The position numbers and the translations under genes were made by a program. From Octopus vulgaris (taxonomy: Eukaryota), in the NCBI GenBank assembly GCA_951406725.2, contig OX597817.1:85746001-85810000 (forward strand): 64,000 nt of DNA, given 5' to 3'. Positions 55,721 to 64,000 of this stretch are shown piece by piece. The notes under the pieces are model-generated. The model worked only from the letters and a program-made list of their open reading frames with translations, did not search any database and was not told the origin of the DNA. Numbering within the stretch: the stretch's first letter is position 1; each line of letters starts with the position of its first letter.

Positions 55721-56624
55721 ATATAGTATTCTGTCCAACACTCATTTATGTTACTTCCTCATAACCATGTAAAAAAAGATTAGTTTCTAACTTTAGCATA
55801 AAACATTTTTGAGTGAATAAATATGGTAAAAGGAATTGGTTCCAGTATATTCCTATTACTCATAGTCTTTTCATTGTCCCATGAATTAAGGAAGATGAAG
55901 TTTATTTTAGAAGGTTTGGATTCAGAATGAGGAGTAGGCATGACTGCATGGTTAAGCAGTTCAGTTCCCAACCATTGCATAACACCTTGAGAAAATGTCT
56001 TCTACTAAGCATTGAACTAACCAAAGCAGATTTGGTAGATGCAACTGAAAACTGAAAGAAACCTCTGTGCATGCACGCATGCATTCATGCATGTTTGAGA
56101 TTTCTTTCAACATCAGATGAATGCTATGAGTGTCACTATCTTCTATGGAAATCTTGCCTTTCTTGAAAATAGATGATGGTTGGCAATAAGGAGGGCATCT
56201 GGTTGCAGAGAGTCTGCCACAACAAGCTTTGTCTGCCCCATGTAAGCATGGTAAAAGTGGACATTAAAATGATAATGTTGCTTCTGTAAAAGGATATAAT
56301 TACATATTGCAAAGCATCTAATTCAAAACTTCTATTTCTGCCGTCCATGAGTTCAAACATTTGCATTTGTTCATAGAATATCTGTTTGGTTACTGTGATG
56401 GTCTTGCTAATGTTGTCTATTCAATTCTGATATTGCAATGTTACCTAGTTTTCAACTTTATTCTTGGCAAAAGGAAAACTGGATAAATATCAGCTTAAAG
56501 TTGTTAGTCCAACACATTGATTAGTCAGCCATAATATATATCTTCACAGTTATTTCAACTCTTAAATGCATATAAATATTTTCAATTCAACTGAAAGAAA
56601 GGAAGGAAGGAAGAAAGAAAGAAA

Positions 56625-56661
<37 letters not shown>

Positions 56662-57032
56662 CTTTTCTAGTTCAAAAGCAATAAACAATCTAAAAATAGA
56701 GAACAACTTGCTATACACACCCTGAAATATTTTTAGATAATCCTAAATATGTCAAACTATCAAAAATACTTGTTTCTGCTGGAAAATTTCCTGTTCAGTT
56801 ATTTTCTTCCTTAAGGTCTTTTGCTTTCTGGAGAAGAATTTCAAACTTTATCATATTATCTTATCTCTACCTACCCAGTAAAACCATTTTTAAACCTTGG
56901 GCTATAAACATTTTGCTTTGTGTTAATAGTACTAAAAATACAGGGCTAAAGACTGCCAATTGATGATAATATCTCTAACTTATTTATTTTCTTAATTTCT
57001 TTATGTATGTATTTATTTCACTTTCTTCCTAG

Positions 57033-57098
57033 GATTCAGAGAAACGCTATCAAGAAACTGTGCAGACTTACCGTTTACATTTAATCAGTGCTATTCAG
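57033..57098 (+). CDS. UACA/RAI14/ANKRD24-like gene, penultimate exon (DSEKRYQETVQTYRLHLISAIQ)
   Basis: ctttcttcctag acceptor, CAG|gtttgc donor, phase 0/0; resembles the family motif HQEVI.iYR.HLL.A.Q. Confidence 0.92.
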
Positions 57099-57117
57099 GT
57101 TTGCAAAGCTCTTTATA

Positions 57118-57635
57118 TTAAGTGGAAGAAAAAGTTCGTGCACCGTGTTAAAATAATGCTTTTTTTATATATTTTTGTGGTGTGTGTGTTCATTCAGTTC
57201 ATGTCATGTTCAATGATGACTCACTGTGTTTGTCAAAAACGCACTTTGTTTCAACAAGACAATGCAAAGCCACATACCGGCAGAAAGGCCAGCAACAAGA
57301 TTGACGAATTGGACAGTGTGGAAGTTCTGCTGCATCCAGTCTTATAATCCAGACATTTCTCCATCTGACTATGGTCTCTTCCAATCAATGCAGCACTTTA
57401 TGAAAGGTTGCCAATTTGAGTCATTTCATGAAGATGAAGAAGCCTGTCAAGAATTTTTTTATTCAAAGCCGAAGGATTGGTACTCTGACCAAATCCAAAA
57501 GCTTGCTATCATTGAAATAAGGTCTTGGAAAATGGTGGTCTTTATTTTGAAGAATAGATGTTGTTGTTTTTGAATAAATTCTTGCATAAAAAATCATTAT
57601 TTTAACACGGTACACAAACTTTTTCCTCAACGTAG
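57118..57635 (+). mobile_element. Internally deleted mariner with both TIRs
   Basis: TA|TTAAGTGGAAGAAAAAGTTCGTGCACCGTGTTAAAATAATG and its diverged inverse; retains FQQDNAKPH..HP/SYNPDISPSDYGLF. Confidence 0.85.
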
Positions 57636-57967
57636 TATTTAATTGGCTTCTTTAATGTAATAAAATTTAGTGAAAGGCTTCAAGAGGCAAAATTTAATAT
57701 TTTTCTTATTAAATTGATAAGCATTATATATTTTAGTTCCTTCACTGTAAAGAAAATGTAATTGTCTCTCATTATCCTGAATATAAAGGTAAACCAAACA
57801 ATAATTATCCCAAACATATTCAGTATGACAGCTAAATATTAACTTGAAAGAACTGATTAATGGTAGGAGCATACATAATGATTGAAACTATAAATTATTA
57901 AGTTGATTTATTAAACTTTTTAATGAGATTATAAATTTGATATTAATTTGCTACTTTCTTTTTTTAG

Positions 57968-58042
57968 GGCCATATTGATCCTGATGTGAAGAATGGATTG
58001 TTTAGTATCATTGAAATGAGAAGTTTAGAAGAACACTGTTGA
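57968..58042 (+). CDS. UACA/RAI14/ANKRD24-like gene, last coding exon (GHIDPDVKNGLFSIIEMRSLEEHC*)
   Basis: Strong acceptor, TGA at 58040-58042; resembles the UACA C-terminus as recalled (GHMDEDVQEALLQIIQMR...C*). Confidence 0.92.
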   Translation, partial: GHIDPDVKNGLFSIIEMRSLEEHC

Positions 58043-58172
58043 TTTGATTATCATTTATTAGAGAAACGTTGTTTTGAAGTTTCCTTTGTGGTCAACCAAA
58101 CAATCAAATCTATTTCTTGCTTTGCCAACTTCATCAATAATCAACATTCTTCAAGAAAAAAATCACATACGC

Positions 58173-58210
<38 letters not shown>

Positions 58211-58288
58211 GTATATATGTACATATGATGTACATATGAGTGTGTGTATGTATATATATATTATATATATATATATATATATATTGAC

Positions 58289-58404
<116 letters not shown>

Positions 58405-59250
58405 GTTAGTAGAGTTAGAATTTGCAATAGCCATCGAAGGGATAAAAGTATCCATTATACTACTGGTATAATTACCTATGTTAACCTTGGACATACATAT
58501 GGAAGCATATTATGCTCATAGGTTATAAGGTAATGACAAAGATAAACATGGCTTTATCAGGAATCAAATTTAAAGTTAACAGAAAATGGAGAAATATTGA
58601 TCAACATCATGTTTTAATGATACTGCTGGCAATGTTCATTCCTTCGCATTGTACTTGCTTACATGTTTTTTCATATGCAATGTCCTAAGGGGTTTTGGAC
58701 TACTTACAACATATACTACTTTTCTATACTTTTATTTTTTATCTATTTATTTATACCAACCCATATAACGGTCTTAATAGCTTGCCCATTGTTTTTAAAT
58801 TTAACTGACTAATTATATCAAACACTGGACCTTGGTCAATCCCAATACAGGCAATAGGTGGTTGGACTTTACAATATATCAGTAAGTAAATAATTGAAAT
58901 TAATTGTTGGGCACTTTATTATGATAAATTATTAATTAGTACTATAAACATAATTATTTAGAACTATTATGATTACTTCAAAGCATTATGGCACTTTCAC
59001 TCCCTCTTTGTCTTAACCTATTGGCATATCTTGTTATTGTAAATTTTTTATTTTTACTTTTTTATTACTTATCCACCCTATTACCCCCATAGAAAAATTA
59101 ACCCACCAATTACTATTTTAAGTTTAGTCATTTACTCAACGTTCCAAAGTGACACATAAGCAAAATGGTATGATTTAAATATATTAAGCCTTTCATTTTC
59201 CTTTCGAGGCTCTTCTTTTCTTCTCTTTTCTTCTTTGTATGTATTTTTCT

Positions 59251-59370
59251 TCAATCTGATGATGCTCCCTGTTCCAGATCGGATGTATTACCAAATATGA
59301 TGACTTTATTTTTAGAATTTTTAATGGCAATACCATATATCATTGGAAGCAGAAACAGCTGTTAGATGGG
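59251..59370 (+). ncRNA. Hammerhead-like motif with ~75-nt stem II insert
   Basis: CTGATGA-tgctcc...ggaagca-GAAA-cagct-GTT-agat; stem I is imperfect. Confidence 0.5.
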
Positions 59371-59493
59371 ATACAGTCTATTTGTATTGAATTAAAAAAT
59401 AATAATTGATGTAAGTCAATTGTTGTTGATCAATATTTGTCCATTTTCTGTTTACTTATATATATATATATATAATGTACATATGTGTGTGTG

Positions 59494-59540
<47 letters not shown>

Positions 59541-59575
59541 GTATATATATGTACATATGTATATATATGTACATG

Positions 59576-59618
<43 letters not shown>

Positions 59619-59989
59619 ATACATAGTTTAATGTACATAGTATGTAGTTATGAACTACTAATACTTTCATACATTAGAAACATAGTCTAAACAGGTTTTT
59701 ATAATATGCCTAGTGTCTCCAAATAATCTTCAGGCTCTGAGCACATGGCCTATACAAGGTACAAATCAAGATGATTAATCAAGAAAATTCATGAGAAAAA
59801 ATGAGAGGAAGGTGGTTCAAAAAGTGGAAGGGTAGAAAAAAAAACAGGAAAAGAAAGGAAAAAGAAAGGAAAAAGAAAAAAAAGGGAGAATTAGAATTAT
59901 GTCCCCTTTGACCATAAAGCCATAATAAGACTAGTTAGTGTTGGATCAATGGAGAGGGGTCTAAAGTCTGCAATACAGCTGTTCAATCC

Positions 59990-60400
59990 AGAAAGGGTAG
60001 TGTCCTCCAATTTGCCAAAAGAAATTTGTCCATATGTTTACATTTGCCAAACATTTTTGATCTGGAATTCAGCAGTGTGGTGGAATTCTTAGATGTAAAA
60101 AGGATATATGATCTTTCACTTATGCATAACTTGCATTTCTTAGATCCATTAACATTCCACGACACTCCCTTCATTCTTCCCCTATTTCTTAACTTCCATA
60201 ATTGCCTTTGCTCCTACAAATTCCTATATTCTGTTTTTATTTAAACTCATTTAATGTATATTCCTCTCTATTGCTCATTGACACCACTGAATCACAATTT
60301 CCTGCTCCATAATAACTACCTATAGTTTATTTTCTTTAATAGCTCTATATTTTCCCTCCAACCTACAACCATTTACTTTTAAAATATTAACAACACCAAC
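59990..60400 (-). mobile_element. Penelope-like (Naiad-type) GIY-YIG C-terminal relic
   Basis: GCRLEGK...LWKLRNRGRMKGVSWNVNGSKKCKLCISERSYILF..LLNSRSKMFGKCKHMDKFLL (CxxC..CxH tail). Confidence 0.8.
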
Positions 60401-60839
60401 CTCATCTAATTATTCTTATTCCACAAACTTGGAGAACCTATAACAACTTTAGGTATATCTCCTTTTTCATCCTCCTTTTCTTTCTTCTCACCCTAACAAA
60501 TATTCAAAAATTCATTGTTAATTCTATTTAGACATATGTAAAATTACCAACTTTCCTTTGCATTATTGTATTACTAACATAAAATTTGAAATTAGCAAAA
60601 ACTTTTCTATGACTTTGGAAACTATTCTCCACAATCTTGTGTTTCTTTCCAATTGAAACCAACTGAAAATTCAGTGATAGAAATCATATTTGCAAGTATT
60701 ACTCTGTAATCATAATATATATATATATATCTTATTTATCAAACTTTGTTCCTCACCTGTCTTCCATTTTGATGTTTATTGTAATTACACTTCATGTGTG
60801 TGTGTGTGTGTGTGTGTGTGTATGAGTGTATGTGTATTT

Positions 60840-60888
<49 letters not shown>

Positions 60889-61559
60889 CATACATACACA
60901 TATGTGCACACACACACATATGTACATTTACACACATACATACGCACAGATATAAGTTGACTTTCAGGCTGTCATTCCAATAATCATTGAAACTTTAATA
61001 ACTCAAACTCTGCATAAATTTACTAAAATATTTGTGTCCTTTATTTTTGTTTATTTTTCAACTATGAAAACAACTACTATATTTCTGTACTCTGACATAT
61101 TCAATCTGTCATATTTTACTGTCACCATTTTGGTAGAATTAGGTATTTTATTAATTTGATTTAATTTTCTAATTCAAAATAGACTTCTTCATATTTTTTT
61201 TAAATGATAATACCAATATGGAGCCATTCATTTAGTAATAATAATGGAATAAGAAGTCAGTAAAAGTTTTATACTGAACAAAATTTTTCTAGTTTTATTT
61301 TTATTGAGAAATTTAAACTTTTTCAATTCTAAAATATTTGATATTACCATTAGAAATATGAAATACTTTGTTTATTAAGCTTTACATAATTATTTTGTAT
61401 AATTAATATATTTACTTTCAAATGTATACACAAATTTTCTGAGAAACTTGGTCTATGTATAACCATGGTCTTTTTCTTGTTAGTGTTAAACCGTTGCCAT
61501 AAAACAACTATCGTCTGTTGGAAGTCAACCATAATTTTTTCATTTCCACTTCCTTTAAT

Positions 61560-61775
61560 AAATTAATTCCAAGTTTTGCCACAAGGCTGGCAAGTTTGAG
61601 TTGGGGGTAAGCTGATTACATCAACCCCAATGCTCAACTAGTATTTATTTTATTGACCACAAAGGATGAAAGACAAAGTCAACTCCAGCAGAATTTGAAC
61701 TCAGAACGTAAAGATGGAAGAAATGCCGCTAAGCATTTTGCCTCATGTGCTAACGATTCTCCCAGTTCACCACCT
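61560..61775 (-). mobile_element. SINE family D
   Basis: Reverse complement GGTGAACTGGGAGAATCGTTAGCAC..TTACGTTCTGAGTTCAAATTC..GTTGACTTTGTCTTTCATCCTTT. Confidence 0.75.
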
Positions 61776-62883
61776 AACTTCTTGTGGTAAATTGCAAGAA
61801 GTTTATCATCAAACTTTCTCAGGAAATTGTTTACATTTTAAATAAACAGAACATCAGCAAATAAAAAATAAGTTGTTTGAATTATATTTTATCATAATAC
61901 ATTAATATATAAAAGCATTTTCGGATCTAGTTGGTTTGGATGCCAGCATTTCAAAAATTAAAGTTTATCGAAAATTTTTTAATTTGGCACAATAATGTAC
62001 TTTTCCAAGCTGAATTTCTCAAAATTATTTCACTTTTTTCAGAAAAATGTTTTCAAAAAGTTATAGAGGTTTAAAGCTTGATCATTTCACCCAGTCAGGA
62101 AACAGGGTTTGGAAGCTGTCATTTCATGCGTAACTGCACGTTTTGTCATCAGCATCTTGAAAATAGCATGTGTTGTCAATATTTGTAAACAACACATGTT
62201 TTGTAGTTTGAAGCATTCTATATGCATTTAATGTGATAGCACGAACTTAAAAGATTTATCCAACAAACATTATTTAGCTGTTATTTTCAGCACACCTCAC
62301 AACCACCTCAATGACAAAAAGGAAAGAGTAAACAAGTAGTTTTAAGCCTTCAATATGTATTTAATGTAAATGCGATGAACACCACATTACATGCAATAAA
62401 CACGTTACAATTTTTCCCCACAAATGGTTTCAATATAGTTTTAACATAAAGATTTGGAAGAATTAGATGAAAGTTCTCTCTTTTACTCTTTTACTTGTTT
62501 CAGTCATTTGACTGTGGCCATGCTGGTGCACCGCCTTTAGTCGAGCAAATCGACCCCAGGACTTATCCTTTGTAAGCCTAGTACTTATTCTATCGGTCTC
62601 TTTTGCCGAACTGCTAATTTATGAGGACGTAAACACACCAGCATCGATTATCAAGCGATGTTGGGGGAACAAACACAGACACACAAACATATACACACAC
62701 ACACACACATATATATATATGTATGTATGTATATATATATATATTATATTAAATTAGAGATAAAACCACTATTAGGCAAATCAAACAATGAAAAACTTAA
62801 GCCAATACATAAAATTAATTAATTTATATTATTTTAAATATATATCAAAAGTATTAAAAGTTTCATAAAAGATAATGAGTAAA

Positions 62884-62957
62884 ACACTACGATCGTTTCA
62901 TGGCTGTCCAATTCGTAATAATTCGAGTTATGGTTACAGTCAATCTTCAGGTAATTG
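62884..62957 (-). ncRNA. Type I hammerhead-like motif with intact core
   Basis: Minus strand: ttac-CTGAAGA-ttgactgt...acagccat-GAAA-cgatc-GTA-gtgt. Confidence 0.6.
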
Positions 62958-62988
62958 AAATATTTATCTTAGCGAGGTATATATATAA

Positions 62989-63165
62989 AAAACACCCACT
63001 ACACTCGCGGAGTGGTTGGCGTTAGGAAGGGCATCCAGCCGTAGAAACACTGCCAGATCTGACTGGGCCTGACAAAGCCGTCCAGCTTCACAGACCCCAG
63101 TTGACCCGTCCAACCCATGCTAGCATGGAAAACGGACGCTAAACGATGATGATGATGATGATGAT
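62989..63165 (+). mobile_element. RTE LINE extreme 3' end
   Basis: Matches 2750-2924 including the (GAT)n tail. Confidence 0.9.
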
Positions 63166-64000
63166 ATATACATACATACATATATATGACGGTCTTCTTT
63201 CAATTTCCGTTTACCAAATCCACTCACAAGGCTTTGGTTGACCCAATGCTATAGTAGAAGACACTTGCCCAAGGTGCCACACAGTGAGACTGAACCTGGA
63301 ACCATGTGGTTCATAAGCAAGCTACTTACCACACAGCCACTCCTACGCCTATAATTTTCTCTAGTAATTTTCTTTCATGTAAATAAATGTTTATGTTATT
63401 TTAAAAGATTTATCCCAAAAACTTTATTTAGCTGTTATTTTTAGCACACCTCACGACCACTTCAATGACTAAAAGAAACAAGTAAACAAGTAGTTTTAAG
63501 TATTCAATATGCATTTAATGCAAATGTGATGAACAACACATTACAAATTAAATTTTTCTTTTTTAAATTTTGTTGACCAGTTCATAAATTCACATACTTA
63601 ATTGTCAACAGATTAGTAAAACAAGTGGTTCCAATATATTTGTCAACACATGCTTTCTCACAGACAAAAGAGTTCTTATATTCCACTTGTTTCTATGCAA
63701 ACAGGCATGGATGTGTCTGTGGCTTACGATTGGCTAAAATTATCGAAATCTTCAAACTTTAATTGTTAATAACTCTTTATTTATTGATTTATAGTGAAAA
63801 TGATTTTTAAATCATTCATTAGCCAATAAAAGTGTAACATTACACTGAATATGAAATCAATTTGAACAGAATTGATGCTAGCAGCCAAGCCAACTAGATC
63901 CACTTTTTCTATTCTTCTGTAGAAGATATACACCACTTAATTAACATACATGTGCTTAAATCTCTACATCAACTGTATAAGATATGTACAACCTTCATCA

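Larger units (their letters stand above)
62478..63350 (-). mobile_element. SINE family A split by insertions in its internal microsatellite
   Basis: 3' half at 62478-62710, 5' half at 63185-63350. Confidence 0.9.
61923..63901. mobile_element. Non-autonomous DNA transposon (27-bp TIRs) hosting nested insertions
   Basis: GGATCTAGTTGGTTTGGATGCCAGCAT vs ATGCTAGCAGCCAAGCCAACTAGATCC (24/27). Internal ~140-bp direct repeat at 62252-62391 and 63406-63545. No clear TSD. Confidence 0.7.

Overview
AT-rich, microsatellite-dense animal genomic DNA. The SINE, RTE and mariner repertoire looks like an octopus or other coleoid cephalopod; this is inferred from repeat recognition and not verified. Seven phase-compatible + strand exons (6354-58042) encode the C-terminal ~510 aa of a coiled-coil protein. 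It ends in the UACA/RAI14/ANKRD24-family motif (YRLHLISAIQGHIDPDV...IIEMR...C*); the ankyrin exons would lie upstream of the window. The introns contain several tRNA-derived SINE families, RTE-clade LINE 3' ends, Tc1/mariner and maT copies (one full-length irritans-like mariner with perfect 37-bp TIRs), MITEs, and Penelope-like (Naiad-type GIY-YIG) relics with hammerhead-ribozyme-like motifs. The most unusual signal is three recent locally templated insertions. Two are near-perfect inverted copies ~0.8 kb from their source. The third (46835-47473) is an inverted+direct copy of this gene's own intron, with twin-priming geometry and a 26-bp target duplication inside a palindrome, and it preserves the empty pre-insertion site of the mariner. 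All alignments and mismatch counts were done by eye, and repeat boundaries are approximate unless junction sequence is quoted.
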